DNA of 64,000 bases from the NCBI GenBank assembly GCA_951406725.2, contig OX597824.1, forward strand, positions 74,276,001-74,340,000, given 5' to 3'. Shown here piece after piece: positions 13,046 to 24,658 of this stretch. A program made the translations under genes and the position numbers. Under the pieces are notes generated by a model. The model was not told where the DNA came from, did no database searches, and saw only the letters and a list, made by a program, of their open reading frames with translations. This DNA comes from Octopus vulgaris. Lineage: Eukaryota. Every line of letters starts with the position of its first letter. Within the stretch, counting starts at the first letter, position 1.

Positions 13046-13296
13046 TTGACTGTTAGTTTAAGTTGATTACACAGTTAAAGGGTTAATTTGAGAAAGAGAG
13101 AGTGACAAGTGTTCTGTAGTGTAAAAGGTAACACAGTCAACATGAAAGCTATAGATAGACGGTTCAAATCCTGCCTGTGGGCCTGTTGGTAATTTCTGTC
13201 TCAAACTGGTTTTTATAATGTCTAAATCAATTAAAACATTACGTTTAGAATGTTAAACATTTCCATAATGCTGTGATCTCAACACTTTAAACTTAC

Positions 13297-13356
13297 CTCT
13301 GTTACTCTGTTCACCTGATAACCCAGAAGAGGTCGACTGTCTATAGCTGCCATATC
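13297..13356 (-). CDS. FGD6: FGD6-like exon, PH2: DMAAIDSRPLLGYQVNRVTE
   Basis: tag acceptor, gtaagt donor, 60 nt, phase 0/0; P-L-L-G-Y motif typical of the FGD C-terminal PH domain. Confidence 0.9.
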
Positions 13357-14614
13357 CTAGCAATGAAAAAGAAAATGTTACATACAATGATACAGAAGTT
13401 TAGTATTATTAAAAATTTTATTGTTTATTTCCATTACATGTCCATCCATATTTGGACAGTAGTGGAGACACATGACCTAGTGGTTAGAGCAGTGGACTCA
13501 CAGGTTCGAATTTCAGACTGGGCGATGTGTATGTTTATGAGCAAAACACCTAAGCTCCACACGGCTCCAGCAGAAGGTAATGGCGAACTTCTGCTGATTC
13601 ATTCGCCACAACTTTCTCTTACTCTTTCCTCCTACATCTTGCAGCTCACCTGCAACGTACCGGTGTCCCATCCAGGTGGGGAACCTATACACCAAGGAAA
13701 CCAGGAAACCAGCCCTTATGTGCCAAGCATGGCTCGAGAAGGAACAAACAATATTTGGACAGTAATCTCTCTCTCTCTTACAAACACCATCCCTGATGTC
13801 ACTAATGTTCCCTGTAGTCTCTAAAAGGATACACTAAACATTTATTTATTTTATACATCTATTTTTATTTATCACAAGTATGTGGTTCCAAAAGAGAAAA
13901 AAACACTTTGTTAAATGAATCTAATAAATGAATGGTCAAACATATGGGAAAAATAGGTTTCATTCCAAAACCACAAATTGTCCTGAGAATTGCTGAGGGT
14001 TGCTGGGTGTGCTTTTATATTCCAAGGAAAATCTATGATTGATCGTTGACTCATATTATCACAAATCAATTTGTGATAAGCGTAAAACAGTTTACAGTTA
14101 ATATACCATATTATTTCAGATCAGTGAAAAATGAATCAGTAATGAACAAGGATAGATGCCTCATGCATTCTGTAAACAATGGCATTATTTGACACAGGTC
14201 TCCAATGGGTTAATTACTGGTTTCTTGTATTCCTCATGATGGTGAGAGGAACAAAGGAGAGTCTGTGCAACTCAGGAGGAAAAAATACCACATTCGGAGT
14301 TGTTGGCATTAGGAAGGGCATCCAGCCGTAGAAACTCTGCCAGATCAGATTGGAGCCAGGTGCAGCCATCTGGTTCGCCAGTCCTCAGTCAAATCATCCA
14401 ACCCATGCCAGAAGGAGTTGGTTAGTCAAATTTACCATAATACTTAACTGGAACTTTTTTTTTCTATCAATCCTAGGAGGATGGAAGACAAAATTGACCC
14501 CAGCAATATTGTTTTATCTCTTTATTAAGAATAATAGCCCTAAGTTGATCAACATATATTAAATTCAGGAGACTGGTTTACCTGCCAATGACAATATCAT
14601 GGAGAAGTGCTTAC

Positions 14615-14737
14615 CTCACTGGCTTTGTATTTATATAATACTTTGTCCTTCAGTACAAACCAAAGCTGCTTCCATCTTTTACCTTTGTATAGTTTTAAGT
14701 AACCACTCATTGTTGAACCCTGATCATTAGCATGTAC
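14615..14737 (-). CDS. FGD6: FGD6-like exon, PH2 start: VHANDQGSTMSGYLKLYKGKRWKQLWFVLKDKVLYKYKASE
   Basis: cag acceptor, gtaagc donor, 123 nt; MSGYL..WK.LWFVLK..VLY.Y PH motif. Confidence 0.93.
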
Positions 14738-15876
14738 CTGGTAAAAAGATTTAAGAAGAAAACTAAGCATTAGCACAATTAGACTTTCCATTAATTGAAT
14801 TCATTATCATCATCATGTTAATATTTGCATTCCCACTCATTGCCTTACATACATCTTCACTCTTGTAGGTTTTGTGAATTTTACCATATTTAACTCTTTA
14901 GCATTTAAACTGGCCATATCTGACCAAAATATTCTACTTGGCTGATGTTCAAGCTGGCCAGATCCAACCTTTCACACCTACCCTACAATGTCATTTTATA
15001 AATAAACAATCACATTATCAAAATTTCAAACTATGAGATAATACTTGAATTAATTCAGAGCAATGTGAATAAATAAACATTGCATATAACAGAGTAATAT
15101 GAATGCTGAAATTTTAAAGTTTCTTTTATTCTTTTACTGGTTTCAGTCATTTGACTGTGGCTATGCTGGAGCACTGCCTTAGTGTGATATAACTATCTTG
15201 TTAACATCACCTTCTTTGATAACTTTTTGGTAAATAAATATGTTGGTTGTCTTTATTTTTTTGTGTATTCACTGTATTATATTGAACAAAATGGTCATGC
15301 GGCCCATGATCGTGATTCTCTCAGTTATCTGGTCCGCTATGAAAAAAGTTAGGTGACCCCTGCCCGAAACTATTGGTAATATTCACCCCACACTCATTCA
15401 ACCCTCTCTGCCTCTCTTTCTCTAAACCTTCCGCCATCATTCTCTTAAACTCCCTCTCTCCTAACATCAGCTTTCTTAACCCTCAATACTTTCTCCTAGC
15501 TCTTCCCTCACTTTCTATCTCTTTTACTTCTCTTTCCTTTTCTCTCTCAAACACACACATACACTCTCTCTTCTGCCCTCATTTGTTTTGCTATCCATCT
15601 TTTCACTTCTTATTTCTTTACTACCCACAAGGGGCTACACACAGAGGGGGACAAACAAGGACAGACAAATGGATTAAGTCGATTACATCGACCCCAGTGC
15701 GTAACTGGTACTTAATTCATCGACCCCAAAAGGATGAAAGGCAAAGTTGACCTCGGCGGAATTTGAACTCAGAACGTAACGGCAGACGAAATACTGCTAA
15801 GCATTTCGCCCGGCGTGCTAACGTTACTGCCAGCTCGCCGCCATCTTTTCACTTCTGTCTCTCAAACACACACACA

Positions 15877-15914
<38 letters not shown>

Positions 15915-16048
15915 CTCTCTCTCTCTCTCTCAGATACACACACACATACACACACTCTCTCTCTCCACCCCTTTCACTTGTTTTATTATCCATCCTATTT
16001 TTATTTCATCAAATTATAACAGCAACCACAGATCTGCCCAGTACTTAC

Positions 16049-16206
16049 TTCTTTCAGCCAAGCAGGCCGTTTTATGTTCTTCTGGCCATGGCGTCCACTC
16101 TTGCGAATTCTTTGGAATCGAGACAGTAAGTCATCTGGTAGCACATTTTCGAGTTTCTTGCCGCCTTCTTTTGCAAGCTTTATTTCGTCCACTTGCTGTT
16201 CCACTT
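16049..16206 (-). CDS. FGD6: FGD6-like exon, FYVE-PH2 linker: (E)VEQQVDEIKLAKEGGKK...RPAWLKE
   Basis: tag acceptor, gtaagt donor, 158 nt, phase 1 to 0. Confidence 0.88.
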
Positions 16207-17370
16207 CTATAAACAACATAAAACGAAGAATTTTAGACAAACGAGTCAACTGCAGTACTTTTCTATAAGCCTGGTACTTATTCTATCAGTCTCTTTTTCT
16301 AAACCACGTACTTATGGGAATGTAAGCACAGAAGCATTGGTTGTCAAGTGATGCAGGGGGACAAACACAGACACAAAGACACACACACATAATCGGCTTC
16401 TTTCAGTTTCTGTCTACCAAATCCATTTACAAGACTTCATTCAGTCAGCTCAAGGCTATAGTAGAACACACTTGTCCAAGGTGCCACACAGTGGGACTGA
16501 ACCTAGAACCATGTGGTTGGGAACAGCTATATGTCAGAGTGTGCAGTATGCTGCAATAACACCATTACGACACCTGCACCACCACTAACAACAACGACAA
16601 CAACATGTTTAGATAACCATACTGCACCCAATATGGTTAACTACTGTATGTCAGAGTGTGCAGTATGGTCTTCGGCTGGGTAGAGAATATCTTATACAAT
16701 ACTACATTTCTGAGATGAGGAATTTATATTATGTATACAAACAAAACATAGTGAAAGCAACAACTAAGATAACACCAGTGTCATCATTATCATCATCATC
16801 GTTTAACGTCTGCTTTCCATGCTAGCATGGGTTGGACAATTCTGACTGAGGGCTGGCGAACCAGATGGCTGCACCAGGCTCCAATCTTGATTTGGCAGAG
16901 TTTCTACAGCTGGATGCCCTTCCTAAAGCCAACCACTCCGAGAGTGTAGTAAGTGCTTTTACGTGCCACCGGCATGGGGGCCAGTCAGGCGGTACTGGCA
17001 ACGACCTCGCTTGAATCTTTTTACACATGCCACCAGCACAGGTACCAGTTAGGTGACATTGGTAACGATCATGCTCAAATGGTGCCCTTTTACGTGCCAC
17101 TGGCATGGAAGCCAGTTGGCTGCTCTGGCAATGATCATGCTTGGATGGTGCTCTTGGCACCCTACTAGCACGGGCACAAGTGACAGTAAGGCTACGCTGG
17201 TAACGATCACGCTCGAATGGTGCCTTTTATGTGCCGCTAACTAATATAAACAGTGTAGAGAATATTTTATGTCTAAAATACTAGATTTTTGAATCACATC
17301 TAGTTGTTTAACTCACCTGTCTATGTGCCGGAGATAAGCTCCATCAGAAATGTACTTGGGCGAAACAACA

Positions 17371-17734
17371 ACAATAGCACTCATAGAGTGCAAACCTCCA
17401 TCATAGCAACAACAACATCCTCTTAACGATTAGCCAGAGATGATTTTTAAAATGAGAATATTTGAAATAAACTTGACTGCTCTCACAAACAACAATACTA
17501 AAATTGAATCCGACCACTCTCAAAAATTAAGTAAAAAAGCAGGAAAAATAATCCAGAATCCTTGTCTGGTACTGGATCGATCCCCAAATCTAATCACTTC
17601 ATGCCAGTCATGAGGTCAAACGTCCCTGAAAGTTTCATCTGAATCCATCCAGCGGTTCTTGAGATATCTTGTCCATGGACAAACAAATATGACTGCAAAC
17701 AATACCTCCGCCTGCGCTAAGGCAGAGGTAATAA
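17371..17734 (-). mobile_element. Helentron-associated (DINE-1/HINE-like) non-autonomous element
   Basis: Minus strand starts TTATTACCTCTGCC-TTAGCGCA-GGCGGAGGT (subterminal IR plus inverted copy) and ends GATGGAGGT with 3' hairpin GCACTCTATGAGTGC. Confidence 0.7.
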
Positions 17735-17797
17735 AACAAATAAATAAAAATGAAGAAATTATAATTAAATATTTAATTAAAACATATCTGTAATTAC

Positions 17798-17897
17798 CTT
17801 CATATAATTTCTTATTGCACTCATCACACACCCGACTGGGTCTGTACTCCAGATACAGTAAAGGCGCTTTGTTGTTAGAACAGTTACCACAAGTCAC
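17798..17897 (-). CDS. FGD6: FGD6-like exon, FYVE C-half: VTCGNCSNNKAPLLYLEYRPSRVCDECNKKLYE
   Basis: tag acceptor, gtaatt donor, 100 nt; CxxC and RVCxxC FYVE motifs. Confidence 0.95.
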
Positions 17898-17920
17898 CTA
17901 CAGCAAAACAAAACAAAACA

Positions 17921-17951
<31 letters not shown>

Positions 17952-18981
17952 TAATAAAGTAGCTGACAATATGTGCATCTCTGATCATGAGCAGAAGTAG
18001 CGGGGAAGCATCACAGCCATGTGTTGAGAGGAATTCTTTGGGGTTAGGATAATTCACCTTTGGAAACATGGTTGTTTCATTCAACATCCTTAAACAACCT
18101 TTATTCAAAGACCTTTTGAGCGGGATGGGCTATTCAACCTGAACAAAATTCTAACCGGTCCCCACCTGCAGTGTCATGAACTGTTGGGTATACAGGGCTT
18201 CATATATTTTTCCCAACGACGCTGATGCTGATAACAACAACAACTGCCACTTCCCTTCCCCAAGCTTTCAATTATATCTCAATATCTCTTAACCTTCACT
18301 TGTCCTAGGGTCCCGGATGTGTCTTGGCAAGTGATTGCAACAAACATGCAGATTAAACGTAAGTAACTGTGATGATGATGATGATGATGATAAAAAACAG
18401 ATTGGAATTGAAACTTGCATTGTTGACCTACAGAAAAGTACCATCCTATATTCTGCAAGAATAATAAGAAAGATTCTTCAGATTTGAGGAGACTTGTTAC
18501 CAAATATCAAGATAAAATATCTGCTAACTAAATTAGCATCCACAGGGGTGATGATGGTGATGATGACGATTGTCAACCTAGAAATACCTGATTTTTTCAA
18601 AAATGTTTTCAAAACCTCCTCAATTCTATCCACTAGTCTCAGAAGCCCTGAAACAGTGCCTAGGGTGCTGCTGGTCTTCCTGTGATTGAGTCATAAGAGA
18701 CAGGCATGACTTTGCGGTTATCAATCTTGTTTTGCATCCAAGTGGATTCTGGTTCAGTCCCACTGCACAGCACTTTGGTCAAGTGTTTTCTGCTATAACC
18801 CCAGGCTAACCAATGTATTGTGAGTGTATTTAGTAAATGGAAATTGTGTAGAAGTACATTGTGTGTGAGTGTGTGTGTATGTGTGCATGTGTGTGTATAT
18901 ATATATATATTGATAAAACGGTAAGATAACAAAAGAAAGAAAGAGACCTCAATATTATGTAAATAGAGGAAATTTATCTAT

Positions 18982-19191
18982 ACAATATGTTACATTACTC
19001 GGTAGTCAAGATAAAACTCTGAGTTTCAGATGCCGAAGTGGAAATCCACAACACCATCTCTTCGGTTATCTGGCTATTTGAAAAAACCTAGTTTTCAAAT
19101 AGCCAGATAACCGAAGAGATGGTGTTGTGGATTTCCACTTCGGCATCTGAAACTCAGAGTTTTATCTTGACTACCGAGTAATGTAACATAT

Positions 19192-19194
<3 letters not shown>
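18982..19194. repeat. Perfect 103-bp inverted repeat with 7-nt loop (AACCTAG)
   Basis: 18982-19084 is the exact reverse complement of 19092-19194 (checked by eye); lies between (TA)n tracts. Confidence 0.95.
19105..19167 (+). ncRNA. Putative minimal type-I hammerhead ribozyme (PLE-type); mirror copy at 19009-19071 on the minus strand
   Basis: AGATAA [stem I] CCGAAGA [core] GATG...GTGGA-TT-TCCAC...CATC [stem II] T GAAA C-TCAGA-G T T / TTATCT [stem I']. Deviations: U4 to C and one extra nucleotide before GAAA. Confidence 0.5.
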
Positions 19195-19233
<39 letters not shown>

Positions 19234-19291
19234 CATATATACATATATAAATATATATATAAAGCAAATAAGTAACAAGGATGTCCAGGTA

Positions 19292-19385
19292 TTAGTCCAT
19301 TACGGCCGTTTCAAGCGGCTTCATTTCATCTAACAATGCAAGCATTACATCAATTTGAAATAACTCGCTTTCCTCGGATGCATAA
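19292..19385 (-). ncRNA. Putative minimal type-I hammerhead ribozyme (PLE-type), sense to the FGD6-like pre-mRNA
   Basis: Minus strand: TTATGCAT [stem I] CCGAGGA [core] AAGCG..ATTTCA..TAATGC-TT-GCATTG..TGAAAT..CGCTT [long stem II] GAA ACGGCCGT [palindromic stem III] A / ATGGACTAA [stem I']. Predicted cut after GUA, between 19301 and 19300. Confidence 0.6.
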
Positions 19386-19753
19386 GTCTGTATAGATTTT
19401 CAACATACAGGATACTCCACTATAATTTTTTAGCAAATTTTTCATCAGAACTAGAGAATAAAAGAATTACATGCTTATTACTATTATTGTAGCTGGACGC
19501 CCTTCCTAATGCCAACCACTCTGAGAGCATAATGGTGCATTTATTGCTTTTATGTGCCATTTGCATGACACCAGTATCTGCCATGACTGTGAGTTTGCTT
19601 GGCTTGATGGGTCTTCTTCTCAAGCACAACATAATGCCAAAGGTCTGTCATCCGTTATTGCCACCATGAGGTCCAAAACTCAAAAGGAGCTTTTGAAAGT
19701 AAAAAATAAGAGATAATAAAGATGAAACATGTAAGAAACAAATTAATACTCAC

Positions 19754-19888
19754 CCTGCCACAGGCTCGACAATGATGCCGCCTCCAGGTAACAGTGAATT
19801 CACAAGTACACAACATACACATCGTTACTCTGGCATCGGGTACCCAAAGAGGTGCTTTTGAACCTAACACAAACCCCTTTTCCAATGA
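19754..19888 (-). CDS. FGD6: FGD6-like exon, FYVE N-half: [45 protein letters not shown]
   Basis: cag acceptor, gtgagt donor, 135 nt; WxxD, CxxC and RRHHCRxCG motifs. The [30 protein letters not shown] string matches vertebrate FGD6 as recalled. Confidence 0.96.
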
Positions 19889-20377
19889 CTGTAACAACAG
19901 AAACAAAACAACAATCAGTTCAGAGCCTTTACAATGTCAAATGCAAAAAGTTCCTCCCCATCATGAGTCTTTAAGTCAACATTAGAACAGGAGATTTGAG
20001 CCAGTCATGGGCAACATGCAACCCTATTATGTATGGTACGGTTAATTTCAAGACAATATCAGTATATATATATTTTTTTTTTTGCAAGGATTATACCCTA
20101 AAGTAGATAAAACCACAAAGTTACGTCACTGAAGATTTCTAAAAAGAATGACATATTATTACTGCTATTTAGAAATTTGAGGAATTTCATAATAAGTAAA
20201 CATAGGAACACAGTATCTTTCAGACAGTGATGTTTATAACAGTTAGTAGAAGAGAATACATTCAAATGCCAACCTCAAAAGTAAGGAAATATGTTCACAC
20301 GCCACCCACCCACGCACGCATGCACACACACACACACACGCATGCACGCACACACAAACATTCCCAAGAATACTTAC

Positions 20378-20480
20378 AGGTACTTGTGTTCGATTTACTT
20401 CAAAGGAATTCCTTTTCAAAGTGTTGTCTTCTATAGCTTTAGATATGGCATCGATCCATTCATCTCGCTCGGCAGATGTG
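20378..20480 (-). CDS. FGD6: FGD6-like exon, PH1 end: (N)TSAERDEWIDAISKAIEDNTLKRNSFEVNRTQVP
   Basis: cag acceptor, gtaagt donor, 103 nt, phase 2 to 0; ERDEWI.AI PH helix. Confidence 0.93.
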
Positions 20481-21764
20481 CTGCAGACAAAAATGGGTAT
20501 AGAAGATAAAAAAATAAGCAAGATAAATCTAAATATGTTGTTGTTGCTGTTGTTTAGGTCCAGTGAATCTCTGCTCATGTAGACATATGATTGAAGGCAA
20601 GCCAACTATGACCACTCTGGGGATATTTTTTTTTGGTGACGTGGTGGATAAATAGCATTACATTCTCTAATGCATAGTGAGATGCAATTTGATGGTGAAC
20701 TGGTTATTATTTCTAGCAGCTTCAGTGATCATGCAGAGGTCCATAGTAGACATGAAATAGCAAGTGACTATATAATATATATATCTATATGTATATATAT
20801 ATATATAATACAAAAATATGAATGAACAGGTCAGTTTATGCTTTGTTCATTTCCATAGCATGACTTCTTATTTAATAATGCATAAAATAATATTACATTA
20901 TCATATAGCCACAACAATTCATCAGGCAATATTGAACATTTTGCAGGTAAAAAAAACGTGCACACACACACAACAAATGGACACATAAGAGGTGCAGCAA
21001 TATCAAAAGAAGGTTAACTGGGAAGATAGTTTTCTTCCAGCGTTACTCATTTTTGCCAGCTGAGTGGACTGAAGCAACATGAAATGAAGTGTTTTGCTCA
21101 AGAACACAATGTGTCGCCCGGTCCAGGAATCGAAACCACAATCTTACGATCATGATGCTGACACCCTAACCACTAAGCCACGTGCTTTCACTATGGAACA
21201 TTAAGTATTAGTTTATTTTCAGTGGTGTATGGTGGTTGTCATTGGGTGAGCTGCCATACTGACCATATTATGACTAACATTAGTAGTACAGTCCTCAAAT
21301 TAGGCATACAAACTGTGTATTTCTATTCAAAATGCAAGATCCAAAATGTAAGTAATGTAAACTTAATTCAATTGAGATACAGATATAAAGAATTATTGTA
21401 AAAAAATATCTAAGTTTAGGAATTTCAAATCAATTTAAACAAACAACTTCTAGCTACGAAAATGAATATGTGACTATTCTGTCAAAGTTGTTACACATCC
21501 TTCATCATTAATTTTTTGCCATTTTCTCAGTATTCTATGATAAGCCTGGCACCATATTATGATACAATGTGCTGTGAGGTGTGCAGTGTTATTTCAGGAC
21601 TCCTGTCATCAAATTTCAAGCAGGGGTGTAACAAAAGTTTTCCATTATGATTTGTGATTAAATTAATGAGTAAAGTTAATATTTATAATGAATTTATGAT
21701 GGGTGTGCAGCACACACCTTGTACACCCGGAATATATGCCCTTGTTTATTTCCTTTATAGAGAA

Positions 21765-22162
21765 TGATAGAGAAAGGAGGAGAGAAAGAGAGAGTCAGAG
21801 ACAGAGAGAAAGGAGGAGAGAAAGAAAGAGTCAGAGACACAAGAGAGAGAAAGGGAGGGTCAGGGACACAGAGAAAAAGGAGGAGAGCAAGAGAGAGTCA
21901 GAGACACGAGAGAGAAAGGAGGAGAGAAAGAGAGAGTCAGAGACACAGAGAGAAAGGAGGAGAGAAAGAGAGAGTCAGAGACACGAGAGAGAAAGGAGGA
22001 GAGAAAGAGAGAGTCAGAGACACAGAGAGAAAGGAGGAGAGAAAGAGAGAGTCAGAGACACGAGAGAGAAAGGGGGAGAGAAAGGGAGAGTCAGAGACAC
22101 AGAGAGAAAGGAGGAGAGAAAGAGAGAGTCAGAGACACAGAGAGAAAGGAGGAGAAAAAGAG
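21765..22162. repeat. Purine-rich minisatellite, ~11 units of 35-40 bp (GAGAAAGGAGGAGAGAAAGAGAGAGTCAGAGACAC)
   Basis: Directly visible; ends about 20 bp from the donor of exon 22186-22265. Confidence 0.9.
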
Positions 22163-22185
22163 AATGTTATTAATATGACACTCAC

Positions 22186-22265
22186 TTTGCACAAACTGTG
22201 AATGATCGTTGGATACTGATGATGTTAAATTCGTTTTTGAAGTCATCTAATGTTGTTTTTTTCAC
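22186..22265 (-). CDS. FGD6: FGD6-like exon, PH1: VKKTTLDDFKNEFNIISIQRSFTVCA
   Basis: cag acceptor, gtgagt donor, 80 nt, phase 0 to 2. Confidence 0.92.
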
Positions 22266-22573
22266 CTGAAAACAGAGAGATTTAACTGTAACAACAACAA
22301 CAGCTGTATCAGCAGCAGCAACAAAAACAACAATAATAAACAGTAATAGCTGAGTAGTAATAGTAATAACACTAATTTCAGTCAACGAGGGCATCTCGAC
22401 ATATTCACACAACCAGCTAGAAATAGCAGTTAAATTTCCCTCTTATCTAACTTCATTATCTTAACAAAAGAAAGACATATTGAACAGAAGCAACTATCAT
22501 AATTGGTTATCTTTCGCTTGTTTCAGTCACTGGACAGCAGGCATGCTGGGGGATAACCTTGAAAAGTTTAGTC

Positions 22574-22847
22574 CAGTGATTCCCAAACTTTATGGGGTAC
22601 TGCCCCCTTGGCACCCAGGACACATTCCTAGTGATCCCCCCCACTAACTTACCACCACAAACACAGGCCTTTTTCTGAAGCAAATTCAAAGCAAATGCAT
22701 TTCACAAATACAACATAACCTAATTAACTTATCATTTTGTTGCTTTTACATCAATCACCCCCTTTTGGCTACCCCATTACCCCCCCACTTTTCTTGGAAC
22801 TTTCCACTGCCCCCAGGAGGCAGTAGCACCCACTTTGGGAACCATTG
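22574..22847. mobile_element. hAT-type MITE
   Basis: TIRs CAGTGATTCCCAAA / TTTGGGAACCATTG and a perfect 8-bp TSD GTTTAGTC (22566-22573, 22848-22855); inserted in a SINE. Confidence 0.88.
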
Positions 22848-22957
22848 GTTTAGTCAAATAAATTGATCCCAGTACTTAATTATTTTTTAAAGTCTGGTAC
22901 TTATTCTATCAGTCTCTTTTGCTGAATAACTAAAGGGACATGAACAAAAGGGACATA

Positions 22958-23128
22958 GGCGCAGGAGTGGCTGTGTGGTAAGTAGCTTGCTAACCAACCA
23001 CATGGTTCCGGGTTCAGTCCCACTGCGTGGCATCTTGGGCAAGTGTCTTCTGCTATAGCCCCGGGCCGACCAATGCCTTGTGAGTGGATTTGGTAGACGG
23101 AAACTGAAAGAAGCCTGTCGTATATATG

Positions 23129-23182
<54 letters not shown>

Positions 23183-23312
23183 TGTTTGTTCCCCTAGCAT
23201 TGCTTGACAACCAATGCTGGTGTGTTTACGTCCCCGTTACTTAGCGGTTCGGCAAAAGAGACCGATAGAATAAGTACTGGCCGCAGTCAAATGACTGAAA
23301 CAAGTAAAAGAG
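22958..23312 (+). mobile_element. SINE family A, well-conserved copy
   Basis: GGCGCAGGAGTGGCTGTGTGGTAAG...GGTTCAGTCCC tRNA-like head and internal (TG)n. Confidence 0.85.
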
Positions 23313-23713
23313 TATACCAACACTGGTTATCAAGCAGTACTGGAGGAGGGAGATCAAACACAAATACATACAATGTGCTTCCACATAGCTTCTATCCACT
23401 AAATCTACTCACAAGGCTTTGGCCAGTCTGGAGCTATATTAGGAGACACTTGCCCGAGAGGAGCCACACAGTGGGGCAGAACCTAACACCACATGCTTGT
23501 AGAGCAATCTTCTTAACCAGTCAGCCATACCTAGTTGTCATCTTTATCCTTTTACCCACTTTAGAGTTAACAAAACAAGCACTAGTCATGTCCTGGGGTT
23601 AAGTTCTATAAAGACAACAACCCTTGGGTGATTAGATCTCTCCTCATTTCATGTAATTCATTTTCATATAACTCATTTTTGTATCACAGCCAAATATTTC
23701 AGTTTAGATTTAA

Positions 23714-23933
23714 CCCTTTCGTTACTGTATTTATTTTGAGATGCTCTGTGTTTCTTTCAATTACTTTAAATATAACAAAGAATTTAGTAAAATAACTTAG
23801 TTATCATTCAGCTAGTGTTAGGAACATAAATTGTGACAAAAGCTTGGTGGAAGATTTTAATTCAAAACTTATGAAAACATGATATTTTTACTCAGAGCCA
23901 GGGGCGGTTTCAGCCAGTTTGGTAATGAAAGGG
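23714..23933 (+). mobile_element. piggyBac-type MITE
   Basis: TTAA flanks, CCCTTTC...GAAAGGG ends; same family as 2284-2503. Confidence 0.85.
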
Positions 23934-23977
23934 TTAAATATCAATGAACAACTTGAAGAAGTTTACAACAAACTTAC

Positions 23978-24058
23978 CTTCATTCCTGCTAATGTTAAGA
24001 CGTTGATGAGTTTATATCCTGCAGGTACTGGTGTCGTATACAAAAGCGTGTCATTGAA
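23978..24058 (-). CDS. FGD6: FGD6-like exon, PH1: FNDTLLYTTPVPAGYKLINVLTLAGMK
   Basis: cag acceptor, gtaagt donor, 81 nt; FND.LLYT motif. Confidence 0.93.
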
Positions 24059-24521
24059 CTGCATAAAAAAAAAAAAATGCTAAGTAGACACATGTGTATA
24101 AGATGTAAAATTTAGATCTGAAGAATCAAGTGGAACCACTGTAAGCACCCTGGACAAGAATCTGGCTATCAAGTCACAAAGTTAATTAAATTCTAATGTA
24201 ATTTAATTGGAATGTAGAGTTAACAACCATTTCATAATCCACTCAGAATTATATTGTCAATTTGGATGTATAAGCATTTTGTCCATTATACTAACGATTC
24301 TGCCAGCTTGGTGCCTTAAATAATAACAATAATGATGATGATGATGATTATGATAATAATTTCTTTTATTTGCCACCAGGGGCAAGGATGCGGAGGACAA
24401 TACAAAGACAGACGTAAAGTGGGGAGGTTTACATATAATGAAATGATTAAAAAAAAAAATTGAAAGTATATGCAGTATACAATAGTAATATGATCCTCCT
24501 GATACAGGACAATCTCTAGGG

Positions 24522-24567
<46 letters not shown>

Positions 24568-24589
24568 TGATGATGATGATAATACTCAC

Positions 24590-24658
24590 CAAAATGAATA
24601 CTCTGGGTTGCATCTCCTTCCTAGAGAGTTTCTGTAACTCCCCCATCTTGATAAGTTC
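24590..24658 (-). CDS. FGD6: FGD6-like exon, PH1 start: ELIKMGELQKLSRKEMQPRVFIL
   Basis: cag acceptor, gtgagt donor, 69 nt; KLSRK.MQPR.F.L motif. Confidence 0.93.

Noticed and set aside
22958-23030. tRNA genes at SINE heads (also 42290-42360, 48460-48533)
   Set aside because: A/B-box-like sequence continues into repeated SINE bodies; no complete cloverleaf is supported.
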